A stretch of DNA of 64,000 nt, counting the filler, from Stramenopiles sp. TOSAG23-2 (taxonomy: Eukaryota), in NCBI GenBank assembly GCA_900128395.1. It is 15 parts of 15 records of this genome, joined end to end, with 100 filler letters (N's around TTAATTAATTAA, not from the genome) between each part and the next. Parts side by side here need not be neighbours in the genome. Positions count along the whole stretch, not along the records: positions 9,030 to 13,441 come from LT650906.1; positions 13,542 to 17,942 come from LT650908.1; positions 18,043 to 22,438 come from LT650909.1; positions 22,539 to 26,933 come from LT650910.1; 11 more parts are not named here. The stretch is one strand, 5' to 3'. The notes beneath the pieces were generated by a model, which was not told the origin of the DNA, made no database searches, and saw nothing but the letters and a program-made list of their open reading frames with translations. This document shows positions 11,732 to 25,500 of this stretch, one piece after another (within the stretch, counting starts at the first letter, position 1; each line of letters begins with the position of its first letter). The position numbers were made by a program, and so were the translations under genes.

Positions 11732-12823
11732 ATGAGATTAAATAATCTATTATTAACAACAACTACATGTTTATTCATGTTTGTATTAATATTATTTACA
11801 GCAACAAATACATATGCAAAAAAGAAGAAAAAATCTGAAATGTACTTGGTTTTAGATATTGATGGAGAGATTAATTATAAAGCAACTTTTGATTCTTTAA
11901 CTGAAAAAGGATGCCATACCTGTATCAAAGCTGGTTTTGGATGGTCAGAGGAAAAACAACGATGTGGTGGTTTTGAAAATGACAAATGTACAGGTGATAG
12001 TGGCAGCAGCAACGATGATGATGATGATGAAGATTGGGAAGATGAAAGTGACGATCCAGATTTAGAAGGGTATGCAGCACCAGGTAATGATGATGATGAT
12101 GATGATATGACGGATAGTGATGGTGAAATTGATTACGTCAAATTATTTGCAAAATTAACTAAACAAGGCTGTGAAGCATGTGTAAAAAAAGGATATGGAT
12201 GGTCAGAAGAAAAAAGTCGTTGTGGTGGTTTTGCCAACACTAGATGCAATGGAAAAGAAATTGAAATGGAAGAAGAAGAGGACGATGATGAGGAGGAAGT
12301 GAATGCTAATCCTACTTGGAAAGATACGGATACTACGACAAAATTATGGAAATTAATTTCAAGTGCAAATTATGATGGATTAAAAACATTATTGGATGAA
12401 AATCCAAGTTTTGCTAAAGTACGATCTGCAGATGGAAGAGGACCATTATTTTGGGCATATGAATATTCACAACCACGTATGGCATCTTTATTATCATTTA
12501 AAGGTGCAGATACAAAAGCAAAAGATAAACATGGAAAAACACCAAATGGTATTGCTGATACATCTGATGTAATTGATCATGATGCTGGAAATGCTGGGAA
12601 TGATGATGAAGATGAAGATGTTGGTGGCGGAACAGATATGAGTAAAATGTTCAAAGGATTGACAAAGAAAGGATGCAAAGCATGTGTAGCTGCCGGGTAT
12701 GGGTGGTGTCCAATTAAATTAATGTGTGGTGGTTTTGCAAACAGAAAATGCGCAGATGATGTAAGTTCAAATGATGATGATGATGATATGGATGATGATT
12801 TGGAAGGGTATGCAAGTGGTTAG
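11732..12823 (+). CDS. Secreted/ER protein with three Cys-rich repeats, acidic linkers and an ankyrin-like module
   Basis: Signal peptide. LTxxGCxxCxxxGxGW...CGGFxNxxC occurs three times. DGRGPLFWAYEY...GADTKAKDKHGKTP is ankyrin-like. Confidence 0.85.
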   Translation: MRLNNLLLTTTTCLFMFVLILFTATNTYAKKKKKSEMYLVLDIDGEINYKATFDSLTEKGCHTCIKAGFGWSEEKQRCGGFENDKCTGDSGSSNDDDDDEDWEDESDDPDLEGYAAPGNDDDDDDMTDSDGEIDYVKLFAKLTKQGCEACVKKGYGWSEEKSRCGGFANTRCNGKEIEMEEEEDDDEEEVNANPTWKDTDTTTKLWKLISSANYDGLKTLLDENPSFAKVRSADGRGPLFWAYEYSQPRMASLLSFKGADTKAKDKHGKTPNGIADTSDVIDHDAGNAGNDDEDEDVGGGTDMSKMFKGLTKKGCKACVAAGYGWCPIKLMCGGFANRKCADDVSSNDDDDDMDDDLEGYASG

Positions 12824-12979
12824 ATTTGATAATATTTCATCGACTATGTTTGTGCGTGTATGTGTATGTGTGATACAAAGAGTGATACGCATGTGTGTAC
12901 GTTCGTACGAATAAAATATATTTTGGTGTGAGAGAGACGACAGAGCGTATGAAATACTTTTTTTATATATATATATATT

Positions 12980-13384
12980 ATGCTTCAAAATTAAAATTAC
13001 AAAAGTACAAAAGAAGCCATGAAAATGCACGTGCTAACGGTTCTCGCTCTAATGCATCAATAGTTCCATTCGCAGTCGATACGCTAGGAAATTTTTGCTC
13101 TATTGCTATTACCTTCTTAAAAGCAATTGCTAAAACAAAGTTTGCAAAAATCTCGAACAAAGCCGAAGTAAGGGAGCTCGCAGCTTCTAATTGGATTTCT
13201 ACTACGTGTAGAGATATACAAACCGCGATTATTAAGACTTGCGCCTATAATAATCGTTTTGCTTTAAAATGTGCATTTGGTGAGTCGTATAATGAATTGT
13301 ACCCTGGTACAATTTATTCTCCGCCTTCCTATGATGCCCATTTTCCATCAGCTATTATGAGTAGTTGATACTATCTATTTACCT
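12980..13384 (+). mobile_element. 5'-truncated non-LTR retrotransposon 3' end (restriction-like endonuclease domain)
   Basis: KLQKY...IVPFAVDTLG..F.KAIA resembles RLE C-termini. The last 79 bp (13306-13384) recur at 22360-22438. The element starts at a (TA)n tract. Confidence 0.65.
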
Positions 13385-14049
13385 TCATTGGTATTTTCGA
13401 TTATGAGAATATCAACACACTTGTGTGAGATAGATTATTTCNNNNNNNNNNNNNNNNNNNNNNNNNNNNNNNNNNNNNNNNNNNNTTAATTAATTAANNN
13501 NNNNNNNNNNNNNNNNNNNNNNNNNNNNNNNNNNNNNNNNNAATCTCTGGTCTAAGTACGGAGTAGTTGTATACTAGAAATATTTACCTATATAATATGG
13601 TTTTTGTCCATTTAGGGCCAGAAAAGTCCTCTCTCAGATAAACGGGGTCTTAATATTTAAATATATTTATCAAGAGATATAATTAAGTTTACCAATATAC
13701 GATTCGTATAATATTTTTTGAAAGATAAAAAAAAATTAAATATGCGCACATACCGAAGTATGATACGACCGTATATGTAAAAATTGACCAGTAAAAGTAA
13801 AATAAATTACGACGTACGAATGTACTCTCGTAATATCATACGAGTATTATATTTTTTTTATTAAAAATTAATACAAGGTACGGACGGTACGAGTACGTGA
13901 GTACAAAATATTCGCAATATACACGTATAATATAATTATATATACTCCTCGTATGACATATAATTTTAAAATATAATTTTTTTTTACGGTACTAAAATAC
14001 GAAGGTAGATACGTTCCGTGTGTGTGTAAATTGCCAAAAAATCTATCTT

Positions 14050-17000
14050 TCACGATAAATGAAATGCATCTTTACCATAATTTATTGCCTTTAGTATTTT
14101 TTCTTTCATAACATCTTTTGATTTATAATCAGGTAATTTAAAATAATTTGTACATGTGGAAGCAGATGGTAACGACGACTCTTCCACTCCCAACTCTGAC
14201 ATTGCAGATTCCATTGGTGCCTTTCTAACAACTGTTAAACGGGGTGACAATCCAGCTAACCCTTCATATGGTAAACGTGGAGATCCAGTTACAAAAATTA
14301 AAAAATTTTCTTGTTCCTCTGGGCTAAAATCAGCTAAGATTTCTCGTAAAAGAATTACCGCATTGCTGGTGGAGCTATACCCGTGGTCGTATAATAAATT
14401 ATTATCTAAATCCGTTTTTGTAAATAATGCTTTTGTACCGGAAATAATTATATCCAATTCCTTAGGGCTAAACGAAGCTAGATAAGAAATGTCAATAACA
14501 CCAGATAAACCTTCTGAAATCGATGGAACAACGTTAGATAATGTTTCGCCAATCATTACACGGCAAACACCGGCAACATATTCTTCTAAATTAACAATGG
14601 TAACATCTACTGAATTTCCATTTTTCATAATTTCAACATCCTCGAATCCTGGAACAGTGAAGTCTAGACATAATTGTTCAATTTTTGCACCATCAACATT
14701 TAATTCTTGAATCATAGTGTTTTTTTCTAAAATGCTAAGAGATGTATCGTCTTGTATACGCTTGTAATCTTTAGCAACCCCATGTAACTTGCTCATTTGA
14801 TTACTTAATGCTGGATCAATCAATTTTAAATCTAATAACAATTCATCAATCGATTTTTTATTATTATTTGCATTACCATTACGATAATTGCATATTGATC
14901 GTAAAAGTAAAGGAGAAAAGGATATGGCCAGCAATCTACGATCAACTAGCGCTTGCCCGACAAATCTACCCAACGTTTTATATAATTTACTCCGTCGATC
15001 TGCCTCTAATTCACCAAGATCATCTGTGAAAGGAGATGGATACAATCCTAGTGGAGCAAAACAATATTCACTATCACCGAGACCTTTATTAGTATCAAGC
15101 CATAGAGATAATTTTTTCGAATGGAATTCTTTTGCAACCAAAGTAAAAAATTCCATAGTCGGGCCTTCACCGGTACCAACTTCACCATCAAATTCAACAT
15201 CAATAGTTGTATTTTTATTCTTAATCTTCAAAAACAGGCCTTGTGTTGCCCCTAAGACACCAGTACGCAATACTCTCACTTTAACACGCTCAATGCGAGT
15301 CATCCTTTCTTTTTGAGATGAAGTGATATTTTGACCTCTAGCTTCTGCTTGATTTACCATATATTGCAATGAGCGTTGAGGTGAAAAAGCAGACGAATAA
15401 AAATACTGTCTACGAATTTCAAATGGGAAAAAGAATCTGTAGTTTTGCGTTAAAGCAGAACACCATATTGGTAAACAATTGCTGCATACAGAGAGCGGAT
15501 CTTGCGCTTGGTGTAATAATTTTGATGCAAGCTTACTGTTGTAAAAAATTTCAACATTTAAAACTTGATAATCTTCTTTTTCTACCTTCTTTTCCTTCGC
15601 CTTACTCGTTAGTGCATTGGTATTATTAATAATCGAACCAATATCGTTTTCCTCAATTGCATCACGTAAGATGTGAATAATTTTCATCAATGTAATTAAT
15701 GATGTAATGGTATTATTTCTTCTCGTATGAATTGTCTCATTGAAGCTGCTTCCACTTGAAAATTGGTTTGTAAAACTATAATTATCACCATCCTTCTCGT
15801 AATAATTAGTCAAATTTGACATTGTTAATTCAGATCGCAATGCATGTATTAAGGAATGCTCGAAACGCGACATTGGAGTCAATGCTTTTAACCTGTCATC
15901 CTCTAACATTGCCAAAGACATTTCATCATTGATGTTAACTCCAAAATTGTTATCATCGGGCGTAACTGGTGTTGGCTGCTTTCTTTTAGGTCGTGCACGT
16001 CTAGGAGATACTGGAATGTCTTTACTTTTTGAGCCACTCTTTTTCGAATTAATATTTAAAATAGTTTTTTCTTCTTGGATTTTATAGTACATCACATGAG
16101 GCATATTCCAAATTGCTGGTGTTGGTGGTTTGCAAAATTTTATCATGTTCAAATTAGTGATACCGTGGCTGCTATGTTCCGCCACCATACTATCTTCCGT
16201 TACATATCCTTTCCCGACACCACCACTTTTAGCTACCGCTTCGATTACCGTAGATCCTGGCTGAATTTTATACCCGTTAATGTACAAACAAATATTTTCC
16301 TGTTTGTACTTTTTCTTGACACGATGTCTGGAAGAAGACGACGACGATGATTTCTTTCGATGGTATCTCTTACTGCTGCCATCCGTGAAAGTTGAGGATG
16401 AACCACTGCTATCTCCAACGTCTTTTTCTTCATTATCTCCTCCTTTACTTGATGTCTTTTTTTCCATATTAGAGGATTTTTTCTTATCTACATCATCTCC
16501 ACCATTCTTACTACCGTCGACACTACTGGAACCTTCCCCACTTGATGTTTCCACTTCATTTGTATCTTTTTTTTCTAAACTGGATATTTTCTTCTGTAAG
16601 CTTTCTGTTTGCATTTTTATCATCTTTTGCAGCCGATCGTATGCGCGATCAGCAGAGTCTTCTGATTCATCCATATCCATATCCCCATCTTCATCATTTA
16701 ATCTTTGAAGAAGGAACTCAGTCAAAGCTTTCGTGTTTGCCATTGGCTCTATTAAAATCGTAACACCCTCATCTTGCCAATTTCTTCGTTTCTTTATTTT
16801 TCGCCTATGAGATAATATTTCGGATGCGGACATCTTTCTATTTGATTTAGATTTCTCATCGCTTTCATCAACTTCCTCTTTTAACTTCTTAGTACCGCTT
16901 CCATCTTCGTTATTATTTGCATCTTCCTCACCTGTGTTCTTACTGGTACCAGGCATACGAATTAATTGTATACGTAACGGACTTCCAAGCATTGCTAAGC

Positions 17001-17942
17001 CTTGATCAACTTTGATTTCACCTCGACCATTATGACTCCTCCTATGGCCACCAAATCCACGATGTCTGTACCTAAAACTCATATCTTTTGCACTATTTGA
17101 TTTTGATAAATCTCTCAAATACGTCGGAAATCGTTCACAAGATGCAATTGCCGCTTGAAGACGTTCTATCAAAAAATGTAATGGTATATTTGATGAAGAA
17201 GAAATTCCTTTTTTCATATATTGATTAGTGAAAAATACATTCAAGAATGTTTTTATGCGACATAAACGGTCTTTGAAACGCAGTGTATCCAATTGAGGAG
17301 ATGATGGTGAAGACATGGAGAATGAAGAACTCAAACTGTGTTGCTCCAAAGACGCACGACTGTCGGTACTGTTCGCAGGTGACACCGATGCAGAAATGAC
17401 CTCAAACGAGCGAAGGTTAGTTAAAAAGTTATGCAAGCCATCTATAATCCCACTATTGATTAATTCATGAGTTGATACACTTGCATCTTCCATGAAAATA
17501 TCTTTTAATGCTACTAATATATCAAAATACCGAGATTCGACACTTGCAATTTCATTATTTGAATTAGGACTTGTTGAGTTCACCCGCATACGTTTTGTAC
17601 GCTTTGTCTTTCTCCTTGATCCACTAATTGACTTCTTATTAGTTTCCATATTTGAATTGGCATTGCTATTATTGCTATTCATCCCATTTCCCAACGGAGA
17701 TCTGTTATTCATAAGATTCTGTCTTGGTAAGGGCATCATTTCGGTCATTATACTTTCAATAGATTTTCGTATATCAATTAAACGTTGCATGACCTCGGAA
17801 ACGTTGCGGAAAGTATTTATTTTCTGCACTCCTTCATCAGAATGATCCAAATCTCCCGTTTTCATATTGACATCGCCATCATTAAAATATAAATGCAAAA
17901 ATGAAATTGCAATTGCTTCTACTGTTACCCGTTGATATCTTG
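14050..17942 (-). CDS. UPL3: HECT E3 ubiquitin ligase, UPL3/TRIP12/Ufd4-like, 5'-truncated at the contig edge
   Basis: C-terminal HECT domain (EFDGEVGTGEGPTMEFF; LPSASTCTNYFKLPDY with catalytic Cys). VSTHELINSG and QDPL..C..LP.WC segments are typical of this subfamily. Confidence 0.92.
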
Positions 17943-20900
17943 NNNNNNNNNNNNNNNNNNNNNNNNNNNNNNNNNNNNNNNNNNNNTTAATTAATTAANN
18001 NNNNNNNNNNNNNNNNNNNNNNNNNNNNNNNNNNNNNNNNNNTGGTTGTTGTATTATATCGTAGTTTTTTCGCACTGTGTGTGCGTGAATAATAAAATAT
18101 TTTGAAATTAGTGTTAATAAAATTGTACGTAGTGTCTAAAAAATTTCGAAAGAGATCTTTTTTCTCTCCGCTGCCCACACACACAGTCAAGCCTTGACAA
18201 CTAATAAGGTTTTTTTAAAATCCTTCGGCATTTAGCATTAACAGAGTTGAAGACGAAGAAGTTACAAAAAAAAATAATAATAATAATATGTGTAATTACA
18301 AGTACATGTAAATACAATAATATACGTTGTGTACAAATAAACAAAATAAATTAATATAGCTATTAACTCTCAATCAATCACATCCATTCATATTGTAACA
18401 TCAAATAAATTAGCTGTGATACAGTCGTAAATATTCTATTACATATGATATGATAGAGCTTTATAATATGAAAAATGTCAAAAACAGTGAAATCAGTGTA
18501 CAAATTTCATGATAAAAATGATGATAATGCTGTCAGTGATGAGTCCCCTGAGAGTTTAGAGATGAATCGTGATGAGAAAAGAAGTAAACATTCATTAGAA
18601 AAACCTTCTAAAGTATATAAAATTGTAAACAAAATATGTCGCCCTGTCAAGGCGCGTTATGCACGCGCAAAGGATAATTTTCTATTAGATCCAAGTAATA
18701 CTTGGAGGGAAAATAGTAATGGACTATTGGCATGTCCAAAACAACCAAAGTACATACTATTTAGCTCGTAAAGCAATTGCTGATAGTTCCTTTCGAATGG
18801 ATGCTGTTACAGAAGAAGAATCGGAAAATAACGACAAAGAATCAGTAGCAGTCAAGACGGACGAAGATCGTTTCTTTTATTTTATTTTGTAAACGTCTTT
18901 GGTATTGTTTTACTTTTGCATGTGATTTTATTATTGTAATGTGAGTTTTTAATCAAATATATATTGTATTTTTCTTTAACTTATATATATTTACGTGTTG
19001 CATACTGGCATACCTGGCATACTGTACTAGTATAGTGTATATACTTTTAATAACTCTACTCATTTTAATTTTATAGCACTGCCATACCGGTATTTCCACA
19101 TATTTCGATAACGAATCTACACATAAATTTCAGATGAACCCTTCACTCAAGTACAAAAAATACCTAATCTGGCCTATCAAATATATCAAACACTACAAAT
19201 CTGCTGAGTTTATGAAAAGGACGACATTAAGTATAAATATGATAGGAAATGAAAAACAGAAAACATGGCAGAAAAACACAATTTTCACAAGTAAAATGTT
19301 GAAAGAACTATCTCCATGCTAATTTTATAATGCTACTTCCATATATTAAAAAAAACTTCATAGGGGACAATATCATTACTATAGAAAACAACAAAAAATC
19401 TCCATACTATAGTTTTAAGTACTCTACTCAAACACGAATATTTTTGCCAATTTTATTTTCATTTTGAGAAGTTCCGCCAAAATGGGTACAAAAATTGAGA
19501 AATTTCATCAGATATATGAAATTTGCATTATGTCTCCAAACATCATTCCCAAAATTTATAAGCCATATAAACTTCCACATCCTTTCTTTATATATATAAC
19601 TTGTATCTCTAAACTCCAACCAAAATAAATATTACATTTACATGAAACGCTAGACCCAAAGTGAATTTTCACTAAAAAATGCACATTTTTTGACACTTTT
19701 ATTAAGGTTTTACAAGCCTATTTCATAGTAAAGGTACTTTGACATGTAATCAAAACGTCGTTAGTAAAGTATCTTTCTGACACTCAGTTGTCATCAACTT
19801 ACTCTTAAGTTTGGCTCTATACATGTGGAAATGAGATTCCGTACTACTTTTGTATTAATATTTTCATTGACTCGAGATATTTTGTTTCAACAATACCCCA
19901 TTTTACAATATATTTTAACATGCCTGAAAAAGGCCTAGAATTCCAAATCGATTTTAAATCACAACAATTCTAACTGGAGCTAGAAATCTTCATTGTGAAC
20001 ATGAAACATAAAAAATTTTGATAAAATATCATAGTTTCTATATCGTAGGTGATATATTTAACTTTTCTCCGAGAGTTTACATGTATAATTATGTTTTTAA
20101 AGAAAAGTCCTGAAAAAAAAATTTAAATCGTACGTTAGCATGGAGTTAGTATTAGAGCATTTTTCATCGAAATGGTGAAAATAATGAAAGGTTGAAAATT
20201 TTCATTGAAGTTATTAAAATTAGACTTTGAAACGTTGCATATCCGTTACTTATTACGTATACAATGTCTGTAGGTCGTGGTCTGGGGAGTTTATGAGTAG
20301 AACCATGTTTATTAAAAATATCGTGCATTTTGATCATTTACGTTAGGGTTAGAGATGCTAGCATTACTCAGCACTGCGGGGTCATACCCGTACATGACGG
20401 GACCTCTCACTCTATTTTTCAGGACCAACATACACTCACACAAATGCCATTTCTACACTTTCCCATTATATACAAAGCTGAAACCAATACCTAAAAGTCG
20501 TATACTGACCACCTAAACAATCCCCGACTGTTCTCCTGTCCATACATCACGTATAAGCCGAGCTTTATACCGATATGTGATTTTCAAGATCGGGTTAGTT
20601 TAGGGTTACAGACCAAAAAATGACCAAAATATTGAAATTTTTTCAGAAATATCACCAAAATAGAATGTGTCGATTTTTTCTATCTAAATCTTCAACAAAT
20701 TAATTCGAAATAAGACACATCTCTTAACACATGTCTAAACGAAAGAAGTGCGTAAATATTTTGATCTAATTATGTTTTAAATGAAACGGACAAGGTATTG
20801 AATTTTTTTCAAAATGGTGATTTTTTTTCAAATTAGTATGGACATAGGCTGGACTAAAACTGGAAAATTTGAAAATTACAAAAGGTAGTTTATTGTGTAT

Positions 20901-21349
20901 AAATACACATGACTTTAGCAAAGTAAGTATCCACGATCAATTTATATATATTTGGTAATAATCTTACCAAGTATATCAATATATGTGTATCTACTTCATA
21001 TTTGAATAACCGTTAAAAGTTGAAAAAAACGCGTAACCCTATAGCTGTAACACTACTTGATAGGTGCTTTTCACTTGTAGTGTCGGCTCTGTCACAATTT
21101 AGTACAAAAATAGTGATTGTTTTTTTGATAGGGACTAATATTTTAAAAATGATATTTACAATTTATGTAAAAAAGTGAATTTCCATGTAAAATATGATAT
21201 TTTGTATAATTTCATATTTGGTGGTATTTATATGTAATTTTAAGAAAAGGATGAAATTGTTCAAATGACGATAAAATTTTTACATGTTTTTGTGTTTTAT
21301 AAAACGGATATTTTTTTAATTTAATGATTTCTATGAATTTTATAGTTTG

Positions 21350-21598
21350 TTTTAGTCATTTCTGTAAATTAATAATTTATTTAAGTACAAATTTTAATGT
21401 AAAAATTTGATGCTTAAAATTCTGCTATCCCTAATTTCTGAAAACAAGAAATGTCAAAATTATTTTGCCAATTATTTTAGTCATTTCTGTAAATTAATAA
21501 TTTATTTAAGTACAAATTTTAATGTAAAAATTTGATGCTTAAAATTCTGCTATCCCTAATTTCTGAAAACAAGAAATGTCAAAATTATTTTGCCAATT
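21350..21598. repeat. Tandem duplication, 125-bp unit x2
   Basis: ttttagtcatttctgtaaatt...ttttgccaatt is repeated at 21350 and 21475. Confidence 0.9.
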
Positions 21599-22017
21599 GA
21601 TAGGAAAAATAGTATACTAGTGGAGCCTAAGTTTAAAAAGGTATTTTCAATGTTTTTCCTTTGTTTTCATGTAATGAAATGAAAAATCCATCATCATAAC
21701 AATGAATTAGAAGAATTTAGGTTGAAAATGTTGATTTTGATGGAATTTGATGAAAAATATGCGCTATGTAATGGTATGTAGTTTTAACATTAAAGCTAGG
21801 CGGCATCGTAGAGTACAAGTATAGTATATACCTATATCATACTAGCTACTGATCTACGAGGACTGATGAAGAAGTGAAGAAGGTGGGTACACATTTTTAT
21901 TATAACGAGGATATAAAATATATATAATCCATTAAATAATATGAAAGTGAATAAATGTGCATACACACCAAAACGAAAATAATTGCAGCATAGTACATAC
22001 ATCTATTATATTGAAAG

Positions 22018-22422
22018 ATGTCTTCATCAGTAGCATGGAACATGAACGTTAAGAATGGCGCTGTTATTAAAATTCCAACAATTGATGTAAACGATGCAGA
22101 AGACAATACTGTGCTAGAAGAGAATAATATGGAAAACGCGCCAATACTTAATAAAGAAACAAATGATAGCACTGTTATACATAAAGATGAAGTACAATGT
22201 CCTCCACCTCTGTCTCCATCAACATCACAAATAAATTCAAGTAAACAGATACCATATCCCAAGCGATCTCCGACACCAGATGATATTGATACGCAAAGAA
22301 AGTTTCACGAGTTATGTTATAAAATCAAAGAACTTATATTCATCTTCTTTCATCAATTGGGTACAATTTATTCTCCGCCTTCCTATGATGCCCATTTTCC
22401 ATCAGCTATTATGAGTAGTTGA
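22018..22422 (+). CDS. Hypothetical ORF whose 3' end is supplied by a non-LTR element fragment (22360-22438)
   Basis: ATG start. The last 20 codons (GTIYSPPSYDAHFPSAIMSS) are identical to the end of ORF 12895-13368. Confidence 0.5.
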   Translation: MSSSVAWNMNVKNGAVIKIPTIDVNDAEDNTVLEENNMENAPILNKETNDSTVIHKDEVQCPPPLSPSTSQINSSKQIPYPKRSPTPDDIDTQRKFHELCYKIKELIFIFFHQLGTIYSPPSYDAHFPSAIMSS

Positions 22423-22538
22423 TACTATCTATTTACCTNNNNNNNNNNNNNNNNNNNNNNNNNNNNNNNNNNNNNNNNNNNNTTAATTAATTAANNNNNN
22501 NNNNNNNNNNNNNNNNNNNNNNNNNNNNNNNNNNNNNN

Positions 22539-25500
22539 AACCCACCAATAGCTGCACGTTCAAGCAATTCGGTGCACGCTGGTTGCCCTCTCATGGGTGT
22601 CTTGGACGCACCCGATACTGGTACGTCCTATGGCGCTTGGTGTTCAACAGATGCAGGAAAGAGTGATAATAATGTTTACCTCCAATTGGATGCAGGGTCA
22701 ATGGTTGGTATAGGCGGAGCAGTGATAGAAGGCCGTTCGCACGAGACGTATAAAGAATATGTGACTCGATTAAAATTTGCTGTAAGTGATGATGCGGTTA
22801 CATGGATCGAAGTTGATGATGGCAAAATTTTTGATGGTTCTGATGACGAATACAGTAAACAAACAATTACGTTTTCAAAGACCTACATGTCGCGATATAT
22901 TCGATTCATACCCCAANNNNNNNNNNNNNNNNNNNNNNNNNNNNNNNNNNNNNNNNNNNNNNNNNNNNNNNNNNNNNNNNNNNNNNNNNCAGCCATTTTA
23001 ATATGTGGTGAAACATGCATACATCGTGTGTACAACCCAACGTTAGAACAACGTGCATATAGTGACATTGGCAGCAATTGTGGGCTTGGTGTCTTGGGAG
23101 GTGAAGCATGGTGCGAAGACAATAATAATGTAACTCAATTGGACAATTACTTGCAATTAGATTCAGGGTCAATAACGAAACTTAGCGGAGTGGTAATACA
23201 AGGAAAAAGTGGTAGCGATGAACGAGTCACTTCGATAAAAGTTTTAGTGAGTAATGACACGGATACATGGGTGGATGTTGATAATAATGGAGCTATATTT
23301 AATGGCAATACAGATGCAGATTCAGAATTAAAAATATACTTTCCTAAAATTCAAACTGGAAGATTTATAAGGTTTGTGCCACAATCATTTAATGTATGGC
23401 CATCTATGAGGGCTGGAATCCTATTTTGTAGTCAGAAAAGCGTAGTAAGACATCAAATATGTACAAATAAAATTGTGAATCCGACCATTAACTTCCGGCA
23501 GACAAACGGAAATCATGCAGGCTGTACAACATCTGCTTCATTGGGCCTTTCTTTGGGTTATTGTTTGATTGGAAACCCGCAGAGAATGGATATTGAGTTA
23601 ACAAAAAATTCCCAGATCCATGGTATTGCAATCGAAGGTAGAAACAATTCTAATCAGTACGTAAAAAAAATGAAATTTCAAGTTAGCGACGATAATACAA
23701 ATTGGAACGACGTTGATGATGGAAAAATATTTCAAGCAAATATCAACGCAAACCCTGGAAATCGGGTTATTATTTTCTTCACGCGTGCACATTATGGGCG
23801 ATTTTTACGTTTGTTACCAACAGAGTATCTCGAGTATCCAAGTTTAAGGGTTGGCGTCATAAAATGTACACGGGATGATGCATCAGATGACGTTATTGCG
23901 CAGATACCACCACCACCAGATTTAGAGGTAAAAGCGAGTGAAAATCTTGGAAAGGTTTCCAATATTCAAGATTATCATGGGAAAACAATTTGGGAAACAA
24001 ACGGCCCAAGCCCTGAAATTGTTCATGGTAGATATGGTTGGATTTTAGAAGATTATATGGAAAAAACAAGTGGTGCCAATTTATGCTTGAAACAATACCA
24101 CACATTGGCAATGTGGATTTATGTAGATGAGTCATCAGCTACGAATTGGAGGACGGCATTTATAGGTGACAACGCTCACTGGGTTATAATGAAATTTCAT
24201 AGTTCCAGTGAACGGTATGTGTTGGGTTCACATTTGAATGACCACGGAAATTGGTTCAGTGGTAATGTGGAAATGTTAAAAGGACAATGGCAATTAATTG
24301 TTTATGTGGGAGAAGGATCTACGTCTCCACATGGTTACTCCAATGTAGCGCGTACAGGCCAAACAAAAATTTACATCGGAAATCAACAGTTTTCTCCAGT
24401 GCTTGCTTCAACGATTGATAAAGTATCCTCTGGTGATTGTATATATCGTATGGGCTGGCCAGGCCAGTCTCCCGGAACTGTCTCTGAATTTGCAATTTGG
24501 AATCGCGCGTTAACTATCACTCAAATCAAAGCGTACTGGGAACAAACAAGGCATGGCGATACTTTAAATAACGATGTACACCATGTCATAAATTGGGGAT
24601 CCAAATCGAATAATTATTTTTATACAGATGGCATTGTTCATGGTATTGGTGCTGGGCGAGGGAATGATTATGTACCGTATGAAATTCCCCTTGGAACCGA
24701 TGGTTGGTGTGCGACTACCTCTGATGTGCATCAAAATGTCCCAGGTTGTGGCAGAGTGTGTCACAATAAAATAAGTAATTTTCGTGGCGTGAAGNNNNNN
24801 NNNNNNNNNNNNNNNNNNNNNNNNNNNNNNNNNNNNNNNNNNNNNNNNNNNNNNNNNNNNNNNNNNNNNNNNNNNNNNNNNNNNNNNNNNNNNNNNNNNN
24901 NNNNNNNNNTAATTTTCGTGGCGTGAAGAAAGATAGTTTATGGTCAAATACAGTTCCATGCTCTGCATGCCCAGGAGCAAATTGGCCTGGATGCCCAAAA
25001 CAAGATATTTTGCCTACGACAACGTTGTACAACACAGTTGAATACGCTCTTGTATCTACATCGCATGTATGTTCAGGCTATTCATGGGCAACCGATAAAG
25101 CTGGTGCGAATTTAAATGCCAGGCAGCTTGATGGTGGAGGATATGATTACATGGACTGCGTCAGACAGCTAACTTTGAACTTTCCAAACGAATGTTCCAA
25201 AAATTGGTTCATTGTAAACTCTGATAATGGAAATTGTGGCTGTTATCCAAAGAATACAGATTGTTCCATTACCGAACCGACTGCAAGCGGGCGGAGTGAT
25301 AGTTTATATAAACGAGTGTATTGGATTCAAAGGGGATCTTATGAAGAAATCAGTGGAGACCGTGCCATGCGTTTTGGTCCGTATGTAGAAGATGGGAACA
25401 CCAATGCCTATACGGCTGTAGATTGCCAATCTGCATGTAAAAATTGGAATGATATTGCATATACGTACTTCGCAATTCTAGATGGTGGTCATTGTGCATG

